In this document: piece by piece, positions 10,220-20,003 of the stretch
How the letters are laid out: each line of letters begins with the position of its first letter
Numbering within the stretch: the first letter of the stretch is position 1
DNA from: Brevinematales bacterium
GTDB taxonomy: Bacteria > Spirochaetota > Brevinematia > DTOW01
Assembly (NCBI GenBank): GCA_026415355.1
Contig: JAOAHF010000001.1
Location: 74,022-138,021, forward strand
Reading direction: 5' to 3'
Length of the DNA stretch: 64,000 nt
Notes under the pieces: generated by a model
What the model was told of the DNA's origin: nothing
What the model saw: only the letters and a program-made list of their open reading frames with translations
Database searches by the model: none
Made by a program: the position numbers and the translations under genes

Positions 10220-10927
10220 CTAGAATTGATTTCGTTGGTTTTCTAGTTTTTTTATTATATTTGGTAGTTCATTGAGTGATTCAATAATGTAGTTGGGATT
10301 ATATTTTTCGAGTTCTTCTCTTTTCATCTTACCAGTTGTTACTATTGCGCAAGGGATGTTATTTTCTCTTGCCGCTATTATATCTCGATGAGAATCTCCA
10401 ATTATAAGATATTTTGAAAATGTTGTTTTGTAATATTCTTCAGATCTCCTTATTGCTATTGGGACTAATTTAGTTCTTTCTTTTTTTTCGTCTCCGAAGG
10501 CTCCGACAGGAAAAAATTTGTCAATTTTGAAAGGTGATAGTTTCATATATGCTACTTCCTTTATATTCCCCGTTAGAAGACAATTGTAGTAGTTATTATA
10601 ACTCCACTCAGATATCTCGTAAGCATAAGGTAGTAATTTTATCTTTTCAGGGGTTTTATCAACTATTTCTCTAAACATGAATGATATTCTTTCAAATACC
10701 TGAAACATCTTGATAACAGAATCCTTGCCGTAAAAACCATTGTCTTGTATTACTTTGTGTATTATTTCGATATCTGTTGTACCTACCCAGTCAACGCTAT
10801 TCAAAGATATTTCTTTATTTAGGACTTGTGACAATGCTTCTTGGTAGATCAATCTGCCTGTTTTGTCAAGTACTACAAGTGTACCATCGATATCATATAG
10901 TAGGAGTATAGGTTTCTTAGAGGACAT
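10220..10927 (-). CDS. HAD-superfamily hydrolase
   Basis: N-terminal LLLYDIDGTLV (HAD motif I DxDGT), later IIGDSHRDIIAA (motif IV-like). Overlaps the hslU 3' end by 11 nt. Confidence 0.8.
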   Translation of the reverse strand: MSSKKPILLLYDIDGTLVVLDKTGRLIYQEALSQVLNKEISLNSVDWVGTTDIEIIHKVIQDNGFYGKDSVIKMFQVFERISFMFREIVDKTPEKIKLLPYAYEISEWSYNNYYNCLLTGNIKEVAYMKLSPFKIDKFFPVGAFGDEKKERTKLVPIAIRRSEEYYKTTFSKYLIIGDSHRDIIAARENNIPCAIVTTGKMKREELEKYNPNYIIESLNELPNIIKKLENQRNQF

Positions 10928-12248
10928 ACTTTGCTAAATCTTCATTTTGTATTATATCTGATAGTTTGTTTTCTACGAATGATTTTGTTATGATTATTTT
11001 CTTATCTTCAACATCTGGTACTTGAAAAGCAATATCTTCTAATAATTTTTCCATGACTGTGTATAATCTTCTTGCACCTATGTTTTCAAGTTTTTGGTTT
11101 GATTCGTATGCTATTTCTGCTATTTTATCTATAGCATCTTCTTCGAATTCTAGTTCAACTCCTTCTGTTTGTAGTAATAGTTTATATTGTTTCACGAGAG
11201 CATTTTTGGGTTCAACTAGAATTCTTTTTAGATCTTCTTTTGATAGAGGTTTTAGTTCTACTCTTACTGGAAATCTACCTTGTAGTTCTGCTATAAGATC
11301 TGAGGGTTTATTTTTTGAAAATGCACCTGCTGCGATGAATAGTATGTGATCTGTGCGTACAGGCCCATATTTAGTATTGACGGATGTTCCTTCAACGATT
11401 GGTAATAAATCTCTTTGTACTCCTTCTCTTGATACATTAGGGCCTGATGTTTCGCCTTTACTTATAAGTTTGTCTATCTCATCAATAAATATTATACCGT
11501 CTTCTTCTGCTCTTTTTTTTGCTTCTTCTGCTATATCACTTGGGTTAATAGATTTTTCTGATTCTATTGAAGATAAAATTATCTTTGCCTCTTTGACTGA
11601 AACTCTTTTTTTCTTCTTTTTTTCTTTTGGGCCGAATATCATGTCTAGTGGGTTTTGTATATCTATAATGTTTGAAAAATTGCCTGTTTCTAACATTTCT
11701 TCAAATGACATAGTGTTATCAAGTCTAGGTGGTTCTTCTATTTCTATTTCAATTATTACATCGTCATAGATGCCTTTTCTTATTTGCTCAATTACCATGC
11801 TTTTGTCGAGTTCCAGTATAGCAGGATTCGACTTAGTTAGATATTTGTATATTATTTCATTAGCTTTTCTACCGTATTTGTCTATGTTTTTTGATATGTA
11901 CTCTTTTTTTACCATACTATAGGCAACATTTACTAGATCTCTAACCATGGATTCAACATTTCTGCCTATATATCCTATTTCTGTAAATTTTGTTGCTTCT
12001 ACTTTCACAAAAGGAGCGTTTATTATACTTGCTATTCGTCTTGCTATTTCTGTTTTACCTACACCTGTGGGGCCTATCATTAAGATGTTTTTAGGTATTA
12101 TATCTTCTTTTATACCCTCTGGTAGCATTTTTCTTCTATTTCTGTTTCTCAATGCTATAGCAACAGCTTTTTTAGCTTCGTTTTGGCCTATTATATATTT
12201 ACTTAATTCTTCAACTATTTCTCTGGGTGTTAGACCCATTTTATCCAT
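10917..12248 (-). CDS. hslU: ATP-dependent protease ATPase subunit HslU
   Basis: MTPREIV...YIIGQ..AKKAVAIALRNR, Walker A GPTGVGKTEIARRIA, I-domain insertion, and a C-terminal sensor region ...KKIIITKSFV. Confidence 0.95.
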   Translation of the reverse strand: MDKMGLTPREIVEELSKYIIGQNEAKKAVAIALRNRNRRKMLPEGIKEDIIPKNILMIGPTGVGKTEIARRIASIINAPFVKVEATKFTEIGYIGRNVESMVRDLVNVAYSMVKKEYISKNIDKYGRKANEIIYKYLTKSNPAILELDKSMVIEQIRKGIYDDVIIEIEIEEPPRLDNTMSFEEMLETGNFSNIIDIQNPLDMIFGPKEKKKKKRVSVKEAKIILSSIESEKSINPSDIAEEAKKRAEEDGIIFIDEIDKLISKGETSGPNVSREGVQRDLLPIVEGTSVNTKYGPVRTDHILFIAAGAFSKNKPSDLIAELQGRFPVRVELKPLSKEDLKRILVEPKNALVKQYKLLLQTEGVELEFEEDAIDKIAEIAYESNQKLENIGARRLYTVMEKLLEDIAFQVPDVEDKKIIITKSFVENKLSDIIQNEDLAKYVL

Positions 12249-12251
12249 GTA

Positions 12252-12539
12252 TTATTCCTCCTCGATATCGTCTTGAAAGTTAAATACTTCTCCTATTACA
12301 TTTTTATCTTCTTCGAATGAAAACTTAACGGTATATCTATAGATTTCTTGGTCTATTTTTCTCAATGAGAAACCTTCTATTATAATTCCAGGAATGCTAT
12401 CTATTATTTCCATAACTATATCTCTGTTTTTTGAGCAATTTCCTTCGAGGAACCAGTATGGGTATTCGTAAGATATAAAATCAGGGTTAAACAAGGATAC
12501 AAGAAGATCACGAACTGCTATCAGCCTTGAATTGTCCAT
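12252..12539 (-). CDS. hypothetical small protein (95 aa) immediately upstream of hslU
   Basis: ORF in the same orientation ending 3 nt before the hslU start. It has an acidic C-terminus (DDIEEE) and no recognisable family. Not HslV (no N-terminal Thr active-site motif). Confidence 0.45.
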   Translation of the reverse strand: MDNSRLIAVRDLLVSLFNPDFISYEYPYWFLEGNCSKNRDIVMEIIDSIPGIIIEGFSLRKIDQEIYRYTVKFSFEEDKNVIGEVFNFQDDIEEE

Positions 12540-12684
12540 TTACCATATCTCCTTAAGAAATTATAAAAACAGTAGTAATATAAATTCAAAAACATAACGT
12601 GTATTTATTTAGTATTTATGTTTCATATTTTCTGTTGGAATAGTATAGTGTGGATATTTTATAATTACATCCAGGAGGTATAAT

Positions 12685-13434
12685 ATGTACAAGTTGGTTC
12701 TTGTTAGACACGGAGAAAGTGTTTGGAACAAAGAAAACAGATTTACTGGTTGGACTGATGTTGATCTTTCAGAAAAGGGTGTTGAAGAAGCAAAAAAGGC
12801 AGGACGAGTTCTTAGGGATAATGGATATATGTTTGATGTGGCTTTTACATCAGTTTTGAAGAGAGCTATAAATACATTGCATATTATTCTTGCGGAGATG
12901 GACTTGTTGTGGATACCTGAATATAAACACTGGAGACTTAACGAAAGGCATTATGGAGCACTTCAAGGTCTTAATAAGTCAGAAATGGCAGAGAAGTATG
13001 GTGAAGATCAAGTAAAAATATGGAGAAGAAGTTATGATGTTCCTCCACCACCCCTTGAAAAAACAGATCCAAGGTATCCAGGAAACGATCCCAGATATAA
13101 AGATCTAAAGCCAGAAGAGTTACCTCTCCATGAAAGTTTGAAAGATACAGTGGCAAGAGTGATACCGTATTGGAATGAAGTCTTAGCACCAACTATAAAG
13201 CAGGGGAAGAGAGTTATAATCGCAGCCCATGGAAATAGTTTGAGAGCATTAGTAAAGTATCTTGATAACATATCTGATAGTGATATAGTTGAGTTAAATA
13301 TACCTACTGGTATACCGCTTGTTTACGAGCTTGATCAAAATCTCAAACCTATCAATAAGTATTATCTAGGAGATCCAGAAGAGATACAAAAAGCAATAGA
13401 ATCTGTAGCGGCTCAAGGGAAAGCCAAGAGATAA
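12685..13434 (+). CDS. gpmA: 2,3-bisphosphoglycerate-dependent phosphoglycerate mutase
   Basis: [29 protein letters not shown] (His-phosphatase RHGE motif), and later the [10 protein letters not shown] histidine. RBS GGAGG. Confidence 0.95.
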   Translation: MYKLVLVRHGESVWNKENRFTGWTDVDLSEKGVEEAKKAGRVLRDNGYMFDVAFTSVLKRAINTLHIILAEMDLLWIPEYKHWRLNERHYGALQGLNKSEMAEKYGEDQVKIWRRSYDVPPPPLEKTDPRYPGNDPRYKDLKPEELPLHESLKDTVARVIPYWNEVLAPTIKQGKRVIIAAHGNSLRALVKYLDNISDSDIVELNIPTGIPLVYELDQNLKPINKYYLGDPEEIQKAIESVAAQGKAKR

Positions 13435-13436
13435 CT

Positions 13437-14282
13437 ATGTTCTATTACGATATAAATCTGTATAATGCTAGTAAAAATCTTTTTCAGAATACTCTTTTTG
13501 AAGATACTAATAACAACGATATAATATCCAACATAATACCCAATAGAAAAGATCAAGCTTATATACAAGCAAATGATAGAGGAGTTTTTGTAGGTGAAAT
13601 ATTCTCAATTGTTTTGGAGAAAGATTTTGGTATAAAGAGTTGTTCTCTTAAGGATGGTGAAGAATTTACAAAGGGTACGAAGATATTCTCCCTAGAGGGG
13701 AGTGCTAAGATGCTCCTCTCTATTGAGAGGACTCTGCTTAACATACTTACAATACTTATATCAATATCAACCACTACAAGAGAGTTTGTAAATGCTACTG
13801 AAGGTAAATTTGGTATTCTAGATACCAGGAAAACAATACCTGGACTTAGGTTTTTTCAGAAATATGCTGTTAGAGTAGGTGGTGGAGTTAATCATAGGTT
13901 TGGTTTGTACGATATGATAATGATAAAAGACAATCACATAGTAGTCTTTGAGGGAGATATACAAAAGTTAGTAAGGATGGCTAAAGAGTATTCACCTATG
14001 CATAAGGTTGAAGTTGAATGTGAAAATATGGAGCAAGTTAAGAAAGCTGTTGAGGCTGGTGCCGATGTTATAATGCTTGATAATATGTCTGTAAATGATA
14101 TAAAAGCTTCTGCGGAGTACATAAAGTCTATCAATCCAAACATAATAGTTGAAGCATCTGGAAATATTGACATTGATAAAATCAGAGATCTCGTTAAAGT
14201 TAATGCGCCTATTGACTTCGTATCCTCAAGTAAGTTGACTATGAGTTTCAAAGTTGTTGATTTATCGTTTGTTATAGAATAA
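13437..14282 (+). CDS. nadC: nicotinate-nucleotide diphosphorylase (carboxylating) / quinolinate phosphoribosyltransferase
   Basis: GILDTRKTIPGLRFFQKYAVRVGGGVNHRFGLYDMIMIKDNH and MLDNM are QPRTase signatures. The start follows the gpmA stop by 2 nt. Confidence 0.9.
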   Translation: MFYYDINLYNASKNLFQNTLFEDTNNNDIISNIIPNRKDQAYIQANDRGVFVGEIFSIVLEKDFGIKSCSLKDGEEFTKGTKIFSLEGSAKMLLSIERTLLNILTILISISTTTREFVNATEGKFGILDTRKTIPGLRFFQKYAVRVGGGVNHRFGLYDMIMIKDNHIVVFEGDIQKLVRMAKEYSPMHKVEVECENMEQVKKAVEAGADVIMLDNMSVNDIKASAEYIKSINPNIIVEASGNIDIDKIRDLVKVNAPIDFVSSSKLTMSFKVVDLSFVIE

Positions 14283-14286
14283 GTTG

Positions 14287-17200
14287 TTAAAGTTTGAATC
14301 TAAAGATTACTTCGTTAAATTCTATGCTGTAAATTTGATTTTTGTGTTCGTACTTTAAGTATTTGTCTTCTAGTATTTTTTTCATTATTTTGTAAGTATA
14401 AATTACATCCTCTTCACAATGTTTTATTACAGTTTCAATTTTACCTTCTCTAAAGAAGTTTGGTATATCTTTGCTATGAGTAGTTTTGCCTTGGGGATTT
14501 ATGTTGTTTCTGATAAGATTGTTTAGAGAAACTTTTGTGTCACCTATATGTTTTTTCAAAAGATCGTTGAGAATATCAAAAGTTTTCACAGAGTCGCAAA
14601 TTTCGAATCTACTATCGTATCTAGATAAGACTTTATAATCGAAGTTTCTAGAGTTGTATCCTATAACTATATCTGATGAGAAGAGTAATTCTATCAAAAG
14701 TTTTATGTTATTTTCGTTGAATATCAGTATTTTGTCTTCTTTTATGTCATACACAACTGCTATTGAGACTAACATATCTTTTGCGTTATCCCATCCTCCA
14801 ACTTCGTAAGAATATTTTTGTGTCTCTATGTCAAAGACTATAGGTTTTTTAAACTTTTCGAGAGGATATTCTAGAAGGTTATAGTAACCATACTTTTCGT
14901 TATTCTCGAGATAAGGCATTTCTTTTTTAAGATGTGTTATTGAGTACTTTATAAGTTTTGGGGTTATTGTTTCTTTTTCTTCGTTAGCTGGGGATTTCAG
15001 TGATTCCATTATAAAGTTAAGGATTTTAGTACCAATGTGCTTTGAGAGTATTGTATTTGCGTTACCACACTTAGGTGATTGGATGCAGGCAGGACATCCA
15101 CTATCTTCCTTACAATAACAGCTTTTTATAGCCGATAGTGCTCTTTCAACTATTTTTTCAAATTTTTCAAATGCAACTTCGGAATATCCTACTCCTCCTG
15201 ATATTCCTTCGTATATGAATATAGTTGGAGAGCTACCTCCGCTAACATATGATAATCCACCTATTTCGCTTCTACTACATATTATCTCTGAAGGATACAT
15301 ACCTATTATTGCGTGTTCTGCTGCATGTAGACCAGACCTTAGAATGTTTTCTTCGTTTAATTTAAATTTCTCTAATGAAATATTTCTTTCGAGTATTTCA
15401 TAATCTTTGTTGTAGTTGATAATTTTTCTAAGTTCTCCTCCATCAAATGTGATGACTATTCCTTCAGTTTCATACTCAAGTATATATGGGTTTGGGTATT
15501 CTATGTATTCTATTACCTTTCTCTCTATGGTTGCTTCTTCTTTTTGTTGTTTCCTTAAATATTCAATTACTAAGTATCCTGTGAATATTTCTTTTACTTT
15601 TAATTTGCAATAATTCAGTGATAAATTTTTTAACCTTTTAGATCTTATTACTCCTAGTATTTCAATGTCTTTATCATTAAGTACTTCTGTTATTTTTTCT
15701 TCCTGTGTTGGATATACTGTGACAATATCATTATTGAAATCTACTTTTTGTACAGCGAAATTTTCTCCCATGTGCATGTAAACTCCACCAGGATGACATT
15801 CCCAAAATAGGTTGTTTATGCTTATTTCACCAATCTTTTTGTTATCTTTTGAATTATAGATAACGAATGATTTTCCGATTCCTCTTATATTTATCATCTT
15901 TCTTAATTCGTTTTTGGAAATTGTTGTGAAGAAATATCGATCTCCAGTATTTGTACTATTTGATATTATTGCACTATGGCTATGATTTCTTATGAATTTT
16001 TCTATTGAATATATTGCTTCTGGTCCCCAGTACTTTTCGATTATGTCTGCTGTTATGTAGTTTCTATCAGTTTCTTTTAATTCGTTGTATAACATTATGA
16101 GGGTAGAAATGTAGTATCCTATTATTCTATCGTTTAGGACATTTGTTGTTAAGTTTTCTACTTCGTCTGAGAATAATTCTTTTGGATTTGAATAGAAGTA
16201 ATTATCAAGTATGTTTTCAGTTGGGAAAAATATTACAGTACCTTCTCTTATCCTTCCTGTTCTGCCAAATCTCTGTCTCAAAGAAATTCTTGACGATGGA
16301 AATCCTACTACACATACTACATCGAGATCTCCAATGTCTATTCCCATTTCAAAAGCGGATGTTGATATTAGTCCCATTATCTTGCCTGCTTTAAACATGT
16401 TTTCGATAGCAACTCTGTCATTATGGTCGTATCCTGACCTATACGGACTTACAAGTCTAGAAAGGTTTGGATTTTTTTTAATCGACTTTATTATTTTTTC
16501 AACCAATCTTCTTGATTTTACAAATACTAGGGTTTTCTTAGATAGATTTAGTACGAAGTTATTTAGTGTGTCAATAATTCTTTGGTTAGTACCGTATGTG
16601 AGTAGGTATGTTTTGTATGGTAATAGATATTCTATCTTGTTATTACCTGAAGTACTTCTATCTATTATTACAAATTCTTTTCCAAAAAGTGTTTCTATGA
16701 ATGATTTAGGATTACCTATTGTACCTGATAAAGCAAAATATCTCGCATTGTTTCCGTACAAGTCATTTAATACGTTTACTATTCTTAAGATGTTGCCAAA
16801 GTGAGACCCTTTTACACCAGACATTTCGTGTATTTCGTCAACTACTATTAGCTTTAGATTTTTCCAAAACCTTTCCCAACTTTTGTTGTAAAGTATCATA
16901 GAATAGATAAGTATTTCTGGATTTGTAAGGATGAATTGTCCTCTACTTTTTATTCTATCCCTTATTTTATCGCTTGTCCCAGAAGTTAGAGGATAGACTT
17001 CAATAAAAGGAACTGCTTTTGAAAGGTATTCTTGTATTTTTTTGTACTGATCGTTTATTAGCGCATTTATAGGAGCTATATAGAGTGCTGTTGCATTTTC
17101 CTCTTTATATAGCTCTTCGAGGTAAGATATAATGTACGATAATGTTTTACCTGATGCTGTTGGGGTAACTAGTGCTACATTGTTACCATTGTTAAACTTT

Positions 17201-17373
17201 TCAATTGCCTCTGCTTGATGTTTGTATAGTCTTATGTTTAACTCTTTGAGTAGTCTTTCAGAAAATTCTGACAATTCTATTTTGTCTGCGTATTCAGGAG
17301 GTGTTTGTCGCTTAGTATAAGCGATTTCAAATTTTGAGTATATATCAAATTGGGTTTTCAACATTTCGTCCAT
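14287..17373 (-). CDS. DExH-box helicase with DUF1998/MrfA-type zinc domain, fused to a C-terminal DEDDh-type 3'-5' exonuclease domain
   Basis: Helicase motifs TPTASGKT (I), DEIH (II), SGT (III) and QRFGRTGR (VI), followed by HAAEH and the CYCKEDSGCPACIQSPKCGN cysteine cluster. The last ~210 aa carry FDIET (Exo I), GYNSRNFDYKVL (Exo II) and HCEEDV (Exo III, H-x4-D). RBS AAGGAG. Confidence 0.85.
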   Translation of the reverse strand: MDEMLKTQFDIYSKFEIAYTKRQTPPEYADKIELSEFSERLLKELNIRLYKHQAEAIEKFNNGNNVALVTPTASGKTLSYIISYLEELYKEENATALYIAPINALINDQYKKIQEYLSKAVPFIEVYPLTSGTSDKIRDRIKSRGQFILTNPEILIYSMILYNKSWERFWKNLKLIVVDEIHEMSGVKGSHFGNILRIVNVLNDLYGNNARYFALSGTIGNPKSFIETLFGKEFVIIDRSTSGNNKIEYLLPYKTYLLTYGTNQRIIDTLNNFVLNLSKKTLVFVKSRRLVEKIIKSIKKNPNLSRLVSPYRSGYDHNDRVAIENMFKAGKIMGLISTSAFEMGIDIGDLDVVCVVGFPSSRISLRQRFGRTGRIREGTVIFFPTENILDNYFYSNPKELFSDEVENLTTNVLNDRIIGYYISTLIMLYNELKETDRNYITADIIEKYWGPEAIYSIEKFIRNHSHSAIISNSTNTGDRYFFTTISKNELRKMINIRGIGKSFVIYNSKDNKKIGEISINNLFWECHPGGVYMHMGENFAVQKVDFNNDIVTVYPTQEEKITEVLNDKDIEILGVIRSKRLKNLSLNYCKLKVKEIFTGYLVIEYLRKQQKEEATIERKVIEYIEYPNPYILEYETEGIVITFDGGELRKIINYNKDYEILERNISLEKFKLNEENILRSGLHAAEHAIIGMYPSEIICSRSEIGGLSYVSGGSSPTIFIYEGISGGVGYSEVAFEKFEKIVERALSAIKSCYCKEDSGCPACIQSPKCGNANTILSKHIGTKILNFIMESLKSPANEEKETITPKLIKYSITHLKKEMPYLENNEKYGYYNLLEYPLEKFKKPIVFDIETQKYSYEVGGWDNAKDMLVSIAVVYDIKEDKILIFNENNIKLLIELLFSSDIVIGYNSRNFDYKVLSRYDSRFEICDSVKTFDILNDLLKKHIGDTKVSLNNLIRNNINPQGKTTHSKDIPNFFREGKIETVIKHCEEDVIYTYKIMKKILEDKYLKYEHKNQIYSIEFNEVIFRFKL

Positions 17374-17393
17374 GTTTTGATGTCTCCTTAGAT

Positions 17394-19394
17394 TTAGAAT
17401 GGAATTCTTTCTATTGATATGTTATCAAATTCATCCTTTATTTTCAATACTAAAACTCCAGATGATAAGTTCAAATTGAACTTGAATTTTTCGATACTGC
17501 TATCTATAACTCCATCGTCTGGTAGTATGTACTCCCAGATATTTCCACCATCTGTTGAGTATGTTACTTCTTTTAATGAGTAGTTGTCATAGATTTCAAA
17601 CTCTATCTCTGTGAAATTGTGTTTTTTGCTAATTTTTACTTCTGATTTGTTTCTAATAGATGGGGGTGTGATGTCTGATATGTAGTTTTCGATATAGTTT
17701 GTTGAATAAAGTTCAAGGCCTTTGGGGTTTGAGGGATAGTCACTTGCTACTAGCATGAAGTTAAAAATACCGTTACCTATTGTATATCTACTTATTGAGA
17801 ATCTATTATCGTTTATGGGAGAAGTATTTAATTTTTGCCATTGAGTTTCGTTGTAGTTTCTTACAAATATATCGAAGTTTAATTTATCATTATCTTGATC
17901 GAGTGATTTCCATTCGAAGTTGAGGTTATCTTCTTTGTGAGACACACTAAAAGAAGATATGATAGGTCTAGAATTCCTAGGAGTGTAGTATAATGAAACA
18001 CTTCTTAGTATAGGTAGGTTATTTGAGGATTTTGATATAATTTCAACTTTAAGTTTTATGTATTGAAAAGTGTCTAGTTTAATGAATTCCTTTATTTCTG
18101 TCCAAGTTGACCAGGTTTGATCTTCCTTTGGAGTGTTACCACCTTTTATGAAGAATTTTATCACTGAATCTATGGGTATTTCTCCATCATATCTTATGCG
18201 TCCCCATTTGTATACATTACCTACCTCAATTTCTCTTGTTTCTATGTATCCATGGAAATTAGATTGGGACAAATCAATATAATCTAAGCCTGATGGATTA
18301 GCACTTGAAAGAACGATTTCATTACTGAATTTGAATATACTTACAAAATTTCTGTTATTTATTGAGTATTTTAATGTACCGTCTTCAAGAGAATATTCTA
18401 TGAATTTGCCGTCGATTGTTGTTGCGAAAACCTTGTTACCAAAAACTTCAGCAGATGTTATACCTAGTTCACTGAACAATGGTTCTATTCTTTTAGTTTG
18501 TATACTTATTTTATAGACATTACCTTGAGTGTTTCTTAATACGGTTTGGGGTGATGTTAAGGATGATGTTCTGTTATCTTGAGATGTTTGTTGAGATTGA
18601 TTAGGAGTTATGTTGTAAGTTGATACGATTAGGTATTCTCCATATTTTTTTATATCAGTTATTTCGTTGTCTTTGAGAGATATTAGTGGTTTTACGTTTT
18701 CCCCATCAAAGAAATATATAGTTCCTGTTCCACTTGATCCTATATATACACCATTTTCATCTCCTGCCACTGTAAGAAAGTGTTTTTCGTTTTTGTTTTC
18801 GAATACTTTCCTGATATTTTTACCTCTAAACTCATATATACATGCGTTATTTCCAGTTATAATGAAGTACCTACCTTTTAACTTAAATACATCCCATACA
18901 TAACTGTCATCTATAAAAAGTAGAGGATTACTACTAAAGGGTAGGAGAAGATAGATGGCTCCTTTTTCACCTGTAAGTATATATATTGAGTTATCAATAA
19001 CTCTCAATCTTGTTACAATAGAATGGTTGGGAATGCTTCCTAAATTTTCGACTTTTTTGTCGTTGTACAGATATATGTTATTTGGATTTGCTGTTGAGAA
19101 TATAAAATTTCTGTATGTTCCTTCAACCCAGCTTATGAATCCTTCTGTGCCTGTAAATATGTTATTGATAGAATAACCAGGGGATATTCCTTTATTGTTT
19201 TGTAGGAATGTTATGTTACTTATAATAGTGAAATCATTTATATTTTGAATAGTAAATCTTATTTCGAGCTTTTTGGTATAGACTCCGTGCAGTGTTTTCG
19301 CGACTAGTAGAATGTTTAGTATTATAAGTAATGTAGTGATGAGTGACTTTTTTTTCAAAGAGTATTTGTATATAGTGTACATCATTTTGTTCAT
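17394..19394 (-). CDS. hypothetical secreted/membrane-anchored beta-rich protein (666 aa)
   Basis: N-terminal signal-anchor (LITTLLIILNILLVA), then long beta-strand-like repeats (propeller or Ig-like by composition). No catalytic motif recognised. The start overlaps the doxX stop (TAATG). Confidence 0.6.
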   Translation of the reverse strand: MNKMMYTIYKYSLKKKSLITTLLIILNILLVAKTLHGVYTKKLEIRFTIQNINDFTIISNITFLQNNKGISPGYSINNIFTGTEGFISWVEGTYRNFIFSTANPNNIYLYNDKKVENLGSIPNHSIVTRLRVIDNSIYILTGEKGAIYLLLPFSSNPLLFIDDSYVWDVFKLKGRYFIITGNNACIYEFRGKNIRKVFENKNEKHFLTVAGDENGVYIGSSGTGTIYFFDGENVKPLISLKDNEITDIKKYGEYLIVSTYNITPNQSQQTSQDNRTSSLTSPQTVLRNTQGNVYKISIQTKRIEPLFSELGITSAEVFGNKVFATTIDGKFIEYSLEDGTLKYSINNRNFVSIFKFSNEIVLSSANPSGLDYIDLSQSNFHGYIETREIEVGNVYKWGRIRYDGEIPIDSVIKFFIKGGNTPKEDQTWSTWTEIKEFIKLDTFQYIKLKVEIISKSSNNLPILRSVSLYYTPRNSRPIISSFSVSHKEDNLNFEWKSLDQDNDKLNFDIFVRNYNETQWQKLNTSPINDNRFSISRYTIGNGIFNFMLVASDYPSNPKGLELYSTNYIENYISDITPPSIRNKSEVKISKKHNFTEIEFEIYDNYSLKEVTYSTDGGNIWEYILPDDGVIDSSIEKFKFNLNLSSGVLVLKIKDEFDNISIERIPF

Positions 19395-19789
19395 TATCTT
19401 TTCCTTATGTAATTATCAAGTGAAAATCTACCGGCACTTGTTAGTGAGAGTGTTATGAATATTCCTAGATATAGTAGAGATAACTCAAATGGAGCTCCAA
19501 TTCTTATATTGTGATATGTTGCGATGAGCATAACTAGAGAAAGGAGAATTGAGCTTATTTTTGTGAATAATCCTACTGTTACCATTATACCGCCCAAGAA
19601 CTCGATTAATCCTACTAGTATTGCGAATAATACAGGTAACGGAAAACCTATATTAGCAACAGTATCAACAAACTTCCATTCTTTGCCGTTTAGTAAGTAA
19701 AATATACCAACCATTTTGGTCCAACCGTGTAGTAGTACCATTAAAACTCCTGAGAATACTCTGATAACAAGGATACCTATATCAGTCAT
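19394..19789 (-). CDS. DoxX-family membrane protein
   Basis: 131 aa with four predicted TM segments and DoxX-like sequence (VIRVFSGVLMVLLHGWTKM...LVGLIEFLGGIMVTVGLF). Very strong RBS AAGGAGGAGG. Confidence 0.8.
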   Translation of the reverse strand: MTDIGILVIRVFSGVLMVLLHGWTKMVGIFYLLNGKEWKFVDTVANIGFPLPVLFAILVGLIEFLGGIMVTVGLFTKISSILLSLVMLIATYHNIRIGAPFELSLLYLGIFITLSLTSAGRFSLDNYIRKR

Positions 19790-19956
19790 ACTTATCCTCC
19801 TCCTTAGAGCTAATAATAAATATTTTTAATTCGTTTTTTAAACTTCGAATTTTCTCTAATTGAATGTTTTTTTGTATTTCATTAGAATTCTCGAAAATTG
19901 AATTGAAGGTTTAAAAATATACAAGTTTGGTAGTGTATTTAGATATAGTTATAAAT

Positions 19957-19964
19957 TGTATAAT
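19957..19964 (+). promoter_or_regulatory. candidate extended -10 element (TGTATAAT) upstream of the por operon
   Basis: TGnTATAAT-like sequence about 40 nt upstream of the porG start. No convincing -35 element. Confidence 0.25.
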
Positions 19965-20003
19965 TTTTCGCTTAAAATGTTTTTAAAACAAGGAGGATAC
20001 CTT

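Noticed and set aside
14287-17373. Considered the DUF1998 helicase as part of a DISARM-like defence system (DrmA/DrmB)
   Set aside because: No methyltransferase, PLD nuclease (DrmC) or SNF2 partner is nearby, and the DUF1998 is fused in the MrfA/YprA manner. The repair-type MrfAB relationship fits better. A defence role cannot be excluded but is unsupported.
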